DNA from: an uncultured delta proteobacterium
GTDB taxonomy: Bacteria > Desulfobacterota > Desulfomonilia > Desulfomonilales > Desulfomonilaceae
Reading direction: 5' to 3'
DNA: 64,000 nucleotides
Assembly (NCBI GenBank): GCA_963789265.1
Contig: CAWBKB010000001.1
Location: 1,792,001-1,856,000, forward strand
Shown here: positions 41,481 through 52,249 of the stretch, piece after piece
Position numbering within the stretch: position 1 is the stretch's first letter
Layout of the letters: the number at the start of each line of letters is the position of its first letter
Notes under the pieces: model-generated
What the model was told of the DNA's origin: nothing
Seen by the model: the letters and a program-made list of their open reading frames with translations, nothing else
The model's database searches: none
Position numbers and translations under genes: made by a program

Positions 41481-42854
41481 TCAATCAGCGGCCCGGTTCG
41501 CGACCATAATGCGGGCCCAACACGGCCACACCACATTAATTTTTGCGCGTCCGTTGCGCATCGCGAATTCTTCCCCCGGATTTAATAAGTCAATCAATTT
41601 GTTACAGTGACAGTCCGGAATGGCCAAGTCAAAAGAAGCCGGCTTATCAGATGCATTGACTAACACGACCACGCATTCTTCCGGCGTATGCCTGGCAAAA
41701 GCAAGCTGTTCGTGACGGACTACCAGTTGACGATAGTCTCCATATCTTAGAGCCTGAGACTCGCGGCGGATTCGCGCCAACCGGGAAATGGTTTTTACCA
41801 GGTCGCCATGCGGACTGGTTTGCGAAAGCATCGCGATATCAAGTTCCGGCCGCAATGCACTGTCGTCCCCGTTTTGCCTGATTGCCTGTATGCCCCATTC
41901 GCTCCCATAGTAGATCGAAGGAATCCCCGGCATAGTGAAAAGCAAACAGTATAATGTGTAAAGGTGCGCCGGATTGGTGAGGTTGCTGGCCACGCGATTG
42001 ACATCATGATTGTCGGCAAAATTATAAAGCGGCATATCGCGATACAGTCCGCGGTCACCAAACTGACGTTTCAGAGAATATGCAATTTCAAAAAAGTTGC
42101 GGTCCACGTGACTCGAATACAAGCCCTTGAAGCACTCGTAATTGGTCACCGAGTCAAGTGTTTCCGCATTGGCCCACTTCCGATAATCGCCGGCGACAAT
42201 CTCACCCATTAACCAAAAGTCGGATCGCATGCTTCGGCAGAACTTGCGAAGTTCCTTCAGAAAATCAATGTCAATGCAGTCTGCTGCATCCAACCGAAAG
42301 CCATCGACATCAAATTCTTGAATCCACATTTCAACGGCTCGGAAAAGATGGTCTTTAACCGCTGGATTGCGTAGATTGAGTTTCACAAGGTCGTAGTTAC
42401 TGTGCCAACCTGTGTAAGTAAACGGATCGCCAAAAGGGCTGCGCTTTCCAAAGCGAAGGTCATGAAACCAATCACGGTACGCTGAATGCTCATTATGCTC
42501 CCGGACATCGCGAAACGTCCAGAAATCCCGACCGACGTGGTTGAATACAGCATCGAGTATTACTCGGATTCCGTTTTGGTGCAGAGCGGAAATTACCTCC
42601 GATAGAGTGCGGTTGTGTCCCAGGCGACGGTCAACCAGGTAGTAGTCTGCGGTATCGTAACCGTGAGCGCTTGACTCAAACACAGGCCCCAACCACAGGG
42701 CATTTGTCCCGAGATTTTGTAGATGGCCGATCCAAGAGTATAGCCGCTCCAACCGCGGGGTTGCAGGCGAGTGAAAATCGTTGCGTTGCGGCGCGCCGCA
42801 CAAACCAAGCGGATAAATGTGGTAAAAGACGGAATCTCGTGCCCAATGTCTCAT
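41481..42854 (-). CDS. GH13 alpha-amylase family glycosyl hydrolase (cyclomaltodextrinase-like)
   Basis: HGYDT, DAVFNH, DGFRLDAA, GEI, DNHD. Confidence 0.95.
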   Translation of the reverse strand: MRHWARDSVFYHIYPLGLCGAPQRNDFHSPATPRLERLYSWIGHLQNLGTNALWLGPVFESSAHGYDTADYYLVDRRLGHNRTLSEVISALHQNGIRVILDAVFNHVGRDFWTFRDVREHNEHSAYRDWFHDLRFGKRSPFGDPFTYTGWHSNYDLVKLNLRNPAVKDHLFRAVEMWIQEFDVDGFRLDAADCIDIDFLKELRKFCRSMRSDFWLMGEIVAGDYRKWANAETLDSVTNYECFKGLYSSHVDRNFFEIAYSLKRQFGDRGLYRDMPLYNFADNHDVNRVASNLTNPAHLYTLYCLLFTMPGIPSIYYGSEWGIQAIRQNGDDSALRPELDIAMLSQTSPHGDLVKTISRLARIRRESQALRYGDYRQLVVRHEQLAFARHTPEECVVVLVNASDKPASFDLAIPDCHCNKLIDLLNPGEEFAMRNGRAKINVVWPCWARIMVANRAAD

Positions 42855-42895
42855 TGATAATCCTCTCTAACGCTTTTGGAAGAGATCGGCACCCC

Positions 42896-42911
42896 TATAC
42901 CGATAGGTATA
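42896..42911. promoter_or_regulatory. Candidate TetR operator 2
   Basis: TATACC-GATA-GGTATA upstream of GH13 gene. Confidence 0.75.
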
Positions 42912-42934
42912 GTGAGAAGACAAAAAAAAGCCGA

Positions 42935-43501
42935 TCAGGAATAAATTCCGTGCATATACTGATGAACTGCCTTGTAGGTCAATTCGTCATTCAGCTCGAT
43001 ATATCCGTTAAGCCATAAGCCGATATAGGTATTGATCATTCCCAGGAAGGTGGCGGCATAAGCCTTATGGCGTCCCTTCATATTGCCGTGGTCCCGTGCG
43101 GCCTGGATAAACAGGCTTTCCAGAAGCTTCTGCTGTTTCTCACCCAATCGAGCCACTGCCTTGAACGCGTCGCTGTCAGGAGGAGCAAACCACGCGGACA
43201 ACTGCATTCGATAGAGGAGTTTGTGTTCCTTTGCATAGTGAAAGTAAGCCGCAGCAGTACGGTAAAGAGTAAGAGGCAAATCGCGATGGTATTCGGCCGC
43301 GTGCTCTATTGACTGGTAGAAGACCGCAAAATGCTCGGCCAAAAGTGCATCCAACAGCCCACGCTTGCTGCCAAAATAATGATAAAGCGTGGGTTTGGTG
43401 ACATCCGCCTCGTCTACGATTTCCTGCACCCCGACCGCGTCATATCCGCGCGATGCGAATAACTCCAGAGCTTGGGCCAAGATGTTGGAGCGATTGTCCA
43501 T
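42935..43501 (-). CDS. TetR/AcrR family regulator
   Basis: ALELFASRGYDAVGVQEIV...TLYHYFGSK. Confidence 0.95.
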   Translation of the reverse strand: MDNRSNILAQALELFASRGYDAVGVQEIVDEADVTKPTLYHYFGSKRGLLDALLAEHFAVFYQSIEHAAEYHRDLPLTLYRTAAAYFHYAKEHKLLYRMQLSAWFAPPDSDAFKAVARLGEKQQKLLESLFIQAARDHGNMKGRHKAYAATFLGMINTYIGLWLNGYIELNDELTYKAVHQYMHGIYS

Positions 43502-43540
43502 GTAGAGCTTCCACCCAGACCTCTCCGCAAGACTGGAGTC

Positions 43541-43569
43541 AGTATACCTACCGGTATAGAACATGTCAA
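43541..43569 (-). promoter_or_regulatory. sigma70 promoter of tetR overlapped by operator 1
   Basis: TTGACA-17 nt-TATACT; TATACC-TACC-GGTATA at 43543-43558. Confidence 0.8.
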
Positions 43570-43589
43570 GGGCAGATATGCCGGCTATC

Positions 43590-43820
<231 letters not shown>

Positions 43821-43832
43821 CTAAACTGGGTA

Positions 43833-44489
43833 TCAGCCAAGGAATTTCCGTATCTCGGCGATTATCCCTTCGAGAGCGCGAATAGATTTAACAATATCGC
43901 CCGGGATCTCCAGGCTGTGATCGGCGTCCTCAATTACCATCGCCTCTCCACCGGTTGCTTGCTGCACTTCGGCCAATTTTACCGGGTCGTAATGTGAATC
44001 AGCCGTGCCCACTACGAATAAGGATGGGCATGGCCTCTGTATTATCTGGGCACACAATTGGTCATTGCGTAAGATAGGTGTCAGCCAGACGCACTGTGGG
44101 GAGGGTAACGGCTCTGTGCCCGTCAATAAATGCCCCATACCTCGTGTACCGATTGACTTACCGACTAATGTCACCCGTTCATAGTCGCGTTGGACTAATG
44201 CAGCTTCATACGCTGCCATCGTGTCCGTACGCAACCAAACATCGCGTTCTTCATCAGGCGCGGACCTGAAGTCCGGACGCTGGAAATAGTTGTATCCGAC
44301 TAACAGAACATCGGCTCCGGATTGTAGAAGTAATCGTCCTGGATAATACATGAGCGGCATCTGGGCGGTATAACCGAACCCCGGGAATATGACGGCAATG
44401 TGGACGGCCTCATCCTTTTGACGAAAAAAAGTGGAACGTAAGACCTCATTGCGGTGACCAATGATGTTCAGTGTTTCAATAGAATGCAT
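43833..44489 (-). CDS. Alpha/beta hydrolase
   Basis: PGFGY, GKSIG nucleophile elbow, GTAD, ADHSL. Confidence 0.88.
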   Translation of the reverse strand: MHSIETLNIIGHRNEVLRSTFFRQKDEAVHIAVIFPGFGYTAQMPLMYYPGRLLLQSGADVLLVGYNYFQRPDFRSAPDEERDVWLRTDTMAAYEAALVQRDYERVTLVGKSIGTRGMGHLLTGTEPLPSPQCVWLTPILRNDQLCAQIIQRPCPSLFVVGTADSHYDPVKLAEVQQATGGEAMVIEDADHSLEIPGDIVKSIRALEGIIAEIRKFLG

Positions 44490-44757
44490 GGTCCATACTC
44501 CAAGAAGTAAGATCGGTAGCGGTCCTTACCCACGCAAATTCGACGAAACCTTTAGCAGTTTAAGGGCGTACTTTCGGTCAATATACAGGAAATGCCGGCG
44601 GGAAGAAAATAGGATATGTCGCCCTGCGCGCTAATTCAATGTCGGAATTCAGGGATCCATCCCGAGACTGGGGGGAGGCGGTCTCCCCTTCCACCTCCCC
44701 CTGCCCTATCGTAATTGGCGACGATTTGACTTGTCCTTATGAACAGTGGAATATCTT

Positions 44758-46042
44758 CTATTGGTCTTTTTCGAACTTGTCAAACATCCACACTACCGGC
44801 TGCTGTGCAGCGATTTGCGCCTGCTGTATAGTTTTGTTGAAATCGCCCCGGGTTTTCAGCCACCACGCCACCAGGCGCACCGGGCTATATTTGCCTGCGG
44901 TTCCGATTGTCTGCACTGATCCGGGAACTTCCATACGCCCTGCCGGTGTGATCCCATAGAATTCCGATGGAAACTCGCTCCCTCGAAGGGGAAACGCTTT
45001 CGGCAATGCCGCCCGAATTGCAACAGGATCCTTCACAGTGCCGGCAGCGACCATGGCCCTCGCCAAGGCGTTCATTGCACAATAATTGAGCACTACTTCC
45101 CAGGTCAGCATATGCTTGTACTCGCTCGTGTATTTTTTGTTAAAGTTCGCCGCTGCGGGTGTAGGAGACTGCGCCACGGCCGCTACTCCAATGGTGTTGC
45201 CCATCAACTTGGTCCCCTTGAGAACATGGGCAATGTAATCCATCTTGGCTTGATCGATCAGAACAAATCCACCCTTGTATCCCAGACCCCTGGCCTGCTC
45301 GATGACCAGCGCCGTAGTGGGGGATGGACCACCAATGAGCAGGAAATCCGGCTTCGTTGCCAGGGCCGCGGTCAACTGCGCGGAAAAATCAGTTTCAGTA
45401 TAGTAGTTCGCCGGTTTGTCCGCAGTGATCTGACCGCCTTTTGCCAACCAATATTTCTTGAAAACCTGCCGCCATTCGTCTCCTGTACGCCCCAAGGGTC
45501 ACCACCATAGCTGCCTTGCGCCATCCCTTTTTCCAAGCGAGCTCACTAAAGCTGCTCACGTACACAGTGAACGGTGGCGGGATGGCAGAAAGCAATTTGT
45601 TCTTCATCTCAACCACCTTCGGCGTGCTGGTGTAAGCCATCACTAGAAACTCATGCCCCTTCTCCTGGTTGATTCTGGCCATAGCTGCAAGGGTATTGAA
45701 CACAGGGTTGAACACTGCGGGCGCCTTGTACTCATCCAGCAACTTCCGCGAGTTGTTGACTGCTTGGGTGGGATCGATTCGATCGTCAAGCTTGACCAGC
45801 TTGAAAACGCACTTCTCTCCACCAACAGTGATGCCTCCGGCAGTGTTGATTTCCTTGATGGCCATATCCACCCCGTTTGAGCAGTCCTGGCCGTATTCCG
45901 CAGCCACACCGCTCAAGGGTCCGGAAAACCCGATCACCACTTCTTTCGCCCCCTGTGCCAATGCACCGGCGGCGAGCCAGACCGAGACAAAACCTACTGC
46001 CAGGAGCAACACTAATCCTGTGAATCCTTTAGAGTTCCTCAT
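44758..46042 (-). CDS. Branched-chain-type ABC substrate-binding protein (frameshift near 45485)
   Basis: Two ORFs join to a close paralog of 49803-51080; one extra A in TAC-A-GGA. Confidence 0.88.
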
Positions 46043-46354
46043 CGCTTTACCCCCTTTTGTGTGTTGAATTTGACTGAATGCCTGTTTCCCGAAGTTGCCG
46101 GCCGGAAACATTTCACAACCGACGAGTATGACAGCTCTTATGAATGGAATTTCAGTTTGCTGTAAAAGAGAGTCAGGTCCACCGCTACCTAGTAGCAATC
46201 CTCTCGGGGCCAAGCCGCAAAAGAATTGCGGGAATTGCCCGAATTTCGGGGATGAGGCTCCTGCCCTGCGCAGTCAATGAATCATTTGCACGGGCCCTCT
46301 GCCATAGCCCACGCCATTCCGATTCATGTTTAAGCAGGGCGACATGGAATCCGC

Positions 46355-47065
46355 TCACGTTCCGATATATGCCTTTTTAACTTTGTCGTCATTCATCAAC
46401 TCGGAACTTGGTCCATGCAGCACAATCCTTCCGCTCTCGAGGACATAGCCGCTGCTCGCTACCATCAAGGCCATGTTCGCATTCTGCTCGGACAAGAATA
46501 TCGTGGTTCCCGCTTCATGTATGGCTTTGACAACCTCCCCGATGATCTGCCGAACCACAATCGGGGCCAACCCCATGGAAGGTTCGTCGAGCAGCAACAT
46601 TTCCGGCTTGGACATCAGAGCACGGGCGATGGCCAGCGTCTGCTGTTCCCCGCCACTGAAGGTCCCGGCCAGTTGGTTTGTCCGTTGCTTCAAGATGGGG
46701 AACAGAGCATAGACCTGTTCCAGGGATTGCCGAACGCCGTTTCGATCCTTGCGACGTGCATAGGCACCCAGCATCAAGTTTTTTCGGACCGAGAGCTGAG
46801 GAAAGAGTTGGCGCCCTTCCGGACACAATGAAAGACCCAAGCTCACGATCCTGTGGGCCGGCATTTCGTCGATACGCCGCCCCTTGAATTCAATCGTCCC
46901 GTTGGACGGCTTGATAGCCCCGGCAATGGTCCGGAATAAAGTAGTTTTGCCGGCGCCGTTGCTTCCCAGGAGAGTGACGCAATCTCCCTGTGGTATTTCT
47001 AAAGAAATATCTCGGACTGCCTCGAATCCGCCAAGGACCGTGGAAACATTGGTAAGTCTAAGCAA
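46355..47065 (-). CDS. livF: LivF-type ABC ATPase
   Basis: GSNGAGKTT, SGGEQQ, DEPSMGLAP. Confidence 0.92.
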   Translation of the reverse strand: MLRLTNVSTVLGGFEAVRDISLEIPQGDCVTLLGSNGAGKTTLFRTIAGAIKPSNGTIEFKGRRIDEMPAHRIVSLGLSLCPEGRQLFPQLSVRKNLMLGAYARRKDRNGVRQSLEQVYALFPILKQRTNQLAGTFSGGEQQTLAIARALMSKPEMLLLDEPSMGLAPIVVRQIIGEVVKAIHEAGTTIFLSEQNANMALMVASSGYVLESGRIVLHGPSSELMNDDKVKKAYIGT

Positions 47066-47825
47066 CGTATTTCTCTCCCAGATAGGCCTCGATCACCTCA
47101 GGATTGTTGCCGATTTCTTCAGGCGATCCCTCTGCGATCACCCTACCGAAGCTCAGAACGATGATGCGGTGGACCAGGCCCATCACCATTCGCATCTTGT
47201 GTTCCACGAGGCAAACTGTGATCCCTGCGACCCGATGGATCTTCTCGATCAACCTGGTGATTTCATCGGTATCCTCTACGATTAGGCCGCCGGTAGGCTC
47301 GTCAAGCAGGATCATCTTCGGTTGACGGATCAGCGCCACCCCGATCGACAGCCGCTTCTGCTCCAACTGAGAGAGGGTGGAGACGTAATGAAGCGCCTTC
47401 GTTTCCAGTCCGATGAAATTCAATGTCTCTGCAACGCGAGCGTTGGTTTCGGCCTCGTCGCACTTCCAGCGGCCGGTATGAAAGAGAGTGGACCAGAAAC
47501 CGCTCTTCGTGTTCAATCTGTAACCCAGAGCGAGATTGTCCGCGACTCGTAACTGGTCAAATAGAGCCGTTGTTTGAAAGGTACGGGCGATTCCTTTGGC
47601 CGCGATCAGATGGGGCTTCAGATTGGTAATGTCCTCCTCCTGAAGACGTATCTTCCCGGAAGTGGGCTTAAGCAGACCGCTGATCAGGCCGAACAGAACA
47701 GATTTTCCCGCTCCGTTGGGTCCGACAATGCCCAGTATCTCCCCCTCGCGAACGTTCAGAGACACGCTCTCCACTGCGGCCAGGCCGGCAAATCGTTTGG
47801 TGAGATTCTCAACCTGCAACAGCAC
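47058..47825 (-). CDS. livG: LivG-type ABC ATPase
   Basis: GPNGAGKS, GIARTFQ, VIEAYLG. Confidence 0.92.
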   Translation of the reverse strand: MLLQVENLTKRFAGLAAVESVSLNVREGEILGIVGPNGAGKSVLFGLISGLLKPTSGKIRLQEEDITNLKPHLIAAKGIARTFQTTALFDQLRVADNLALGYRLNTKSGFWSTLFHTGRWKCDEAETNARVAETLNFIGLETKALHYVSTLSQLEQKRLSIGVALIRQPKMILLDEPTGGLIVEDTDEITRLIEKIHRVAGITVCLVEHKMRMVMGLVHRIIVLSFGRVIAEGSPEEIGNNPEVIEAYLGEKYVA

Positions 47826-48816
47826 TCTTCTCTCCCCTCTTTCGGTCTTGAAAGACCGACACTCTTTGTTGCAAATCATTTATTGCGCCCATGATCCCAC
47901 GGGGAAAGTAGATGATAACCGCGATCAACAGGAAACCAAAAATAATCATTTGGTACCCTTCCAGAAACTGAAGGTGCTCCATTAGCACAGGAATGGCAAA
48001 GGCACCGACAATGGGGCCCGCGAGGGTTGCGGCTCCTCCCAGTAGCAGATATACAAGCCAGTTGAAGGTCAGGTCGATGGAGGCAGTGCTGGGGCTGATG
48101 CTTCCTACCAGGCTCGCATAAATACCACCGGCTATTCCGGCAAAAAAGTTGCCCACTACAAAAGAAAGAACCTTTGCGGAAAACGTGTTGATCCCCACTG
48201 ACTCGGCCAGAATTTCATTGTTTCGAATTGCCATGAAGCTGAGCCCCAAGAGCGAATAGACAAGACGGTGCATAGCCAGCAGGGTGAAGAGCAAGAAAGC
48301 CAGGACCAAATAGTACTGGGCGGTCATAGATTCAAAACTGATTGTCCCGATCCAAGGAATGTGGAGCGGGGTGGGCGACGGGATCCCGACTATGCCTGTG
48401 TATCCCCCTGTGAGGTCAATCCAGTTTCCTGCCACGATGGAAACAATGACCCCGAAACAAAGCGTGGAAATAGCAAAATAGGAACCCCGGGTGCGAAGGG
48501 TCGGCAACCCGATCAGAAAGCCGACCAACGCCGCAAGTAGCGCTGACAACGGGAGCGCCAGCCAAAAAGAGACGCCGCTGTTCGTCATTAGGGCCACTCC
48601 ATAAGACCCGATGCCGAAAAAACCTGCGTGGGCCAACGAAGCCTGGCCGGTATAGCCCAAGATCAGGTTCAGACTAAGGGTGCAAATCGAGAAGAGGCAG
48701 CCCATGATCACGATCTGGAACGCGTAGCGGTCGGTGATCAATAATGGCAATGCCAGGGCCAAAACCAGCACAAGCAGATAAAACCACTTAACACTTGAGG
48801 ACGTTCCGGTCGGCAT
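47809..48816 (-). CDS. livM: LivM-type permease
   Basis: GYTGQASLAHAGFFGIG, YFAISTL. Confidence 0.92.
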   Translation of the reverse strand: MPTGTSSSVKWFYLLVLVLALALPLLITDRYAFQIVIMGCLFSICTLSLNLILGYTGQASLAHAGFFGIGSYGVALMTNSGVSFWLALPLSALLAALVGFLIGLPTLRTRGSYFAISTLCFGVIVSIVAGNWIDLTGGYTGIVGIPSPTPLHIPWIGTISFESMTAQYYLVLAFLLFTLLAMHRLVYSLLGLSFMAIRNNEILAESVGINTFSAKVLSFVVGNFFAGIAGGIYASLVGSISPSTASIDLTFNWLVYLLLGGAATLAGPIVGAFAIPVLMEHLQFLEGYQMIIFGFLLIAVIIYFPRGIMGAINDLQQRVSVFQDRKRGEKSAVAG

Positions 48817-49679
48817 CAGTTCATCTCCCTTCCGAATAAACCGGTGGGTCTGATGGCCAGTATCAGTATCAGAGCGCCGAAGGCATACACATCTTTATAC
48901 GCGGCGGAAAAATACCCGCCTCCGAGGGTCTCGATCAGTCCCAACATGTATCCTCCCACGATTGCTCCAGGAATGCTGCCCAGCCCTCCCAATATGACAA
49001 TGATGAAGGCCTTCATTCCCAGAAGAGCTCCCATCGTGGGGGAGATCATAAAGATGGGAGCCACCAGACAAGCCGCCGCGGCGGCCGTAGCAGCCGAAAT
49101 TGCAAAAGTCAATGAAGAGACCCGATTTACGTTGATTCCGACGAGCATAGCCCCTTCGCGGTTCTGGGCCACCGCTTCGATGGTTGTCCCGGTAGTGGTC
49201 TTCTTGATCAGGATCTGGAGCAGGACGATTAAAAAGATCGCAGCCCCGATGACGAGCAACCGCTGGTAGGTCATGGTGATCCCGAAGACGTCCACGCTCC
49301 CCGGATAGGGAATGTCCATTCGCTGCCCCTGTGGACCCCAAAATGCTATTACTCCAGTTTCCAGGATCATCAATGCCCCGATAGCCGAGATGAAGGAATT
49401 AATGTGAGGCTTGCCCCGCAAGGGGCGAAAGACCAACCGTTCCATCACCATCCCAACGGCGGCCAGGATCACCATTGAAGCAATTAAGGCTGTCCAATAA
49501 CCGAATCCGTAGAGGGTCATCAAAAAGAAACTGATGTAAGCGCCCAGCATGTAAAGGTGCCCGTGAGCAAAATTGGGTACGTTTAAGATCCCAAACACCA
49601 AAGTCAGCCCCAAAGCCACTATCGCATAGGTGCTACCCAGCATGATGCCATTGAACATCTGTTGCAGGAAAAGTTCCAT
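48816..49679 (-). CDS. livH: LivH-type permease
   Basis: ALGLTLVFG..NFAHG, ILGGLGSIPGA, RPTGLFG. Confidence 0.92.
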   Translation of the reverse strand: MELFLQQMFNGIMLGSTYAIVALGLTLVFGILNVPNFAHGHLYMLGAYISFFLMTLYGFGYWTALIASMVILAAVGMVMERLVFRPLRGKPHINSFISAIGALMILETGVIAFWGPQGQRMDIPYPGSVDVFGITMTYQRLLVIGAAIFLIVLLQILIKKTTTGTTIEAVAQNREGAMLVGINVNRVSSLTFAISAATAAAAACLVAPIFMISPTMGALLGMKAFIIVILGGLGSIPGAIVGGYMLGLIETLGGGYFSAAYKDVYAFGALILILAIRPTGLFGREMN

Positions 49680-49802
49680 ACGCCTATCACCCCTGGGACC
49701 AGCAAACGGCTGCACGCCGAGCGGTCGTCACGACATACATAGACTATCAATCCACAATCATGACCTCTCACCTTTGCGAGAAGCCTGGATCGGATCCGCG
49801 CC

Positions 49803-51080
49803 CTACTCTTCCTTTTCGAACTTGAAAAACTGCCACCTCGCGTTCTCGACCGGCGTTGTCCTTGACTTAAACTTGTTGAACTCCTCCTTGGTCTTCAACC
49901 ACCAGGCACACATTTCTATCGGGCCATATTTCCCCTTGTCATTAATTGCCTGCACAGATCCGGCGATCTCCATGCGGCCCCCTGGAGTAATCCCGAAGTA
50001 TTCGACAGGGAATTTATCACCGGTGAGAGGAAAGGCCTTGGGAAAGGCTGCCCGAATTTTAACGGCGTCCTTCACGGTTCCGGCCTTAACCATAGCTCGG
50101 GCCAGGGCCCGCATAGCACAGTAATTGAGGGCTACTTCCCAGGTTTGCATGCGCTTGTACGTCGCCACGTATTTTTTGTCAAAGGCCGGTGCCGCTGCCG
50201 TAGGAGACAAGGCAACGGCCGCTACTCCAATGGTGTTTCCCATCAACTTGTTACCCTTAAGAATATGGGCAATGTAATCCATCTTGGCCTGATCTATCAG
50301 AACAAATCCCCCATTGAATCCCAGACCTCTGGCCTGCTCGATTACCAGCGCCGTGGTAGGGGAAGGTCCACCAATAAGCAAGAAATCCGGCTTGGTTGCC
50401 AGAGCCGCTGTTAGTTGCGCGGAAAAATCCGTCTCTGTATAGTAATTTGCCGGTTTGTCCGCGGTAATCTTGCCGCCTTTTTCCTGCCAATATTTTTTGA
50501 ATGCCTGACGCCATTCGTCTCCGTAAGCTCCGAGGGTTACCACCATCGCGGCCTTTCGCCAGCCCTTTTTCCACGCCAGGTCGGAAAAACTCTTCACGTA
50601 CACGGTAAATGGGGGCGGAATTGCGGCCAGCAATTTGTTGCCCATTTGTACTGCCTTCGGCGTGCTGGTATATGCCATGACGAGAAACTCGTGCCCCTTC
50701 TCCTGGTTGATTCTCGCGATCGGCGCAATGGTGGTGAAGACCGGGTTAAACACTGCCGGCGCCTTGTACTCATCCAGCAACTTGCGAGCGTTGTTAACTG
50801 CCTCGGTGGGATCCGCGCGATCGTCGAGCTTCACTAGTTTGAAATCGTACTTTTCCCCGCCGACAGTAATGCCTCCGGTAGTGTTAATGGCATTGATCGC
50901 CATTTCCACTCCGTTCACGCAATCCTGACCGTATTCTGCCGCCACGCCGCTGAGAGGTCCGGTAAATCCTATCGCTACTTCTTTTGCTGTCTGTGCAGAG
51001 GCATCGGCAGCATACCAGGCCAACCCGAGAGCCGCCGCAAGGAAGAACGCAAGACCGACGAATCCCGCCCTATACCTCAT
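49803..51080 (-). CDS. Branched-chain-type ABC substrate-binding protein
   Basis: Signal peptide, GPLSGVAAEYG, TDFSAQL. Confidence 0.93.
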   Translation of the reverse strand: MRYRAGFVGLAFFLAAALGLAWYAADASAQTAKEVAIGFTGPLSGVAAEYGQDCVNGVEMAINAINTTGGITVGGEKYDFKLVKLDDRADPTEAVNNARKLLDEYKAPAVFNPVFTTIAPIARINQEKGHEFLVMAYTSTPKAVQMGNKLLAAIPPPFTVYVKSFSDLAWKKGWRKAAMVVTLGAYGDEWRQAFKKYWQEKGGKITADKPANYYTETDFSAQLTAALATKPDFLLIGGPSPTTALVIEQARGLGFNGGFVLIDQAKMDYIAHILKGNKLMGNTIGVAAVALSPTAAAPAFDKKYVATYKRMQTWEVALNYCAMRALARAMVKAGTVKDAVKIRAAFPKAFPLTGDKFPVEYFGITPGGRMEIAGSVQAINDKGKYGPIEMCAWWLKTKEEFNKFKSRTTPVENARWQFFKFEKEE

Positions 51081-51238
51081 CTCTGTTTCCTCCTCTCATT
51101 GAATTGGAGGCCGTGCCGTTCCCGTCCCCTTCTTGAAGCTCGGGGGGCCTGGGATTCCGGCCTCAAATAAAAACACAAAGACAGTTTTTGCGCCAGGACG
51201 TTTTCCGAACGGCGTGAAACGGCGCCATCCGACTCAGC

Positions 51239-51985
51239 CTACTCGTGCGCCTTCGTCTCAGGCTCCAAGAACGGCGACGACATAATCTCGTAAACTTCAC
51301 GAGAGAGCTTCCGATAGAGGTGGTAAAAGAACATTCCCGTAATCTCCCTCGCCTGCACACTTCGCAGGCTGTATTCCTGGGGAGAGAGCTCGCCCGAGCC
51401 TGCCTGTCTGTAATACTTGTGCGTCATGATCACAATCTCCCAGAATTGGTCGCGGTAGCGTTTCAGGGCCTCGGGATCGAAGCCGTCTTTAGGCCCCAAT
51501 CCGATCCTGTCCATGTCTACGATGACCTTGCCCAATGCAAGATCGTCCTGGGAGTAGACCTTGCGACCGTTGCGGGTCTCCGGGGTTATAATCCGCCATT
51601 CCTCGAACTTGGCTAACCATCGCCAACTCAGGCCGGTGGCCTTGCGGAAATCCTCCTCTCCGACTATTTCCATGGGAAGAAGCTTGTCCACAGGGCGAAA
51701 GTAGTAAGTATGAAGCTGTAGGAGCCACTCCCGTTCCGGAGAGCCCTTCTCGTATTTGAGAATCCTTTTGATGACGGACAGGGGGAGAAAACAGTGGTCT
51801 TGGAATTCCTTGATGAGTCGTATCCGTTCCACATAATTCCCATTATAGTCAGCAACGTTTTTCCCGAATTTTCGAGGTCGTGGCAGAAGTCCCTCGCGGA
51901 TATAATAGTGGATCGTCTCCTTGGACACCTGGGTCTGCTTAACCAACTCGCTGATCTTCACCGGATTCCTCGACGTGAGTCGCAC
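51239..51985 (-). CDS. MerR family regulator
   Basis: KISELVKQTQVSKETIHYYIREGLLP. Confidence 0.9.
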   Translation of the reverse strand: MRLTSRNPVKISELVKQTQVSKETIHYYIREGLLPRPRKFGKNVADYNGNYVERIRLIKEFQDHCFLPLSVIKRILKYEKGSPEREWLLQLHTYYFRPVDKLLPMEIVGEEDFRKATGLSWRWLAKFEEWRIITPETRNGRKVYSQDDLALGKVIVDMDRIGLGPKDGFDPEALKRYRDQFWEIVIMTHKYYRQAGSGELSPQEYSLRSVQAREITGMFFYHLYRKLSREVYEIMSSPFLEPETKAHE

Positions 51986-52249
51986 GGTCCCTCTTCTTGT
52001 CCGTCAGGAGAGGGGAACTTCAGCTCAGACGCTCGTGCCCGCTCTGAGAGTGTGGGTCAAATGATGATAAGCGCAGTTTATAGGACATTCGGCCCGGTCT
52101 GTCAAACAAAAAAAATTCTAGATAACATATAGGCTGATGTTTTCGCGTGACTTTTTCATGAAGTATATAGTAACACTTATCGTTATGAAGTTCGCGGCGC
52201 CTGTCAAGGGGGCCTTATCACTAATCAGCAGTGACTGGAGGTAGCAAGC

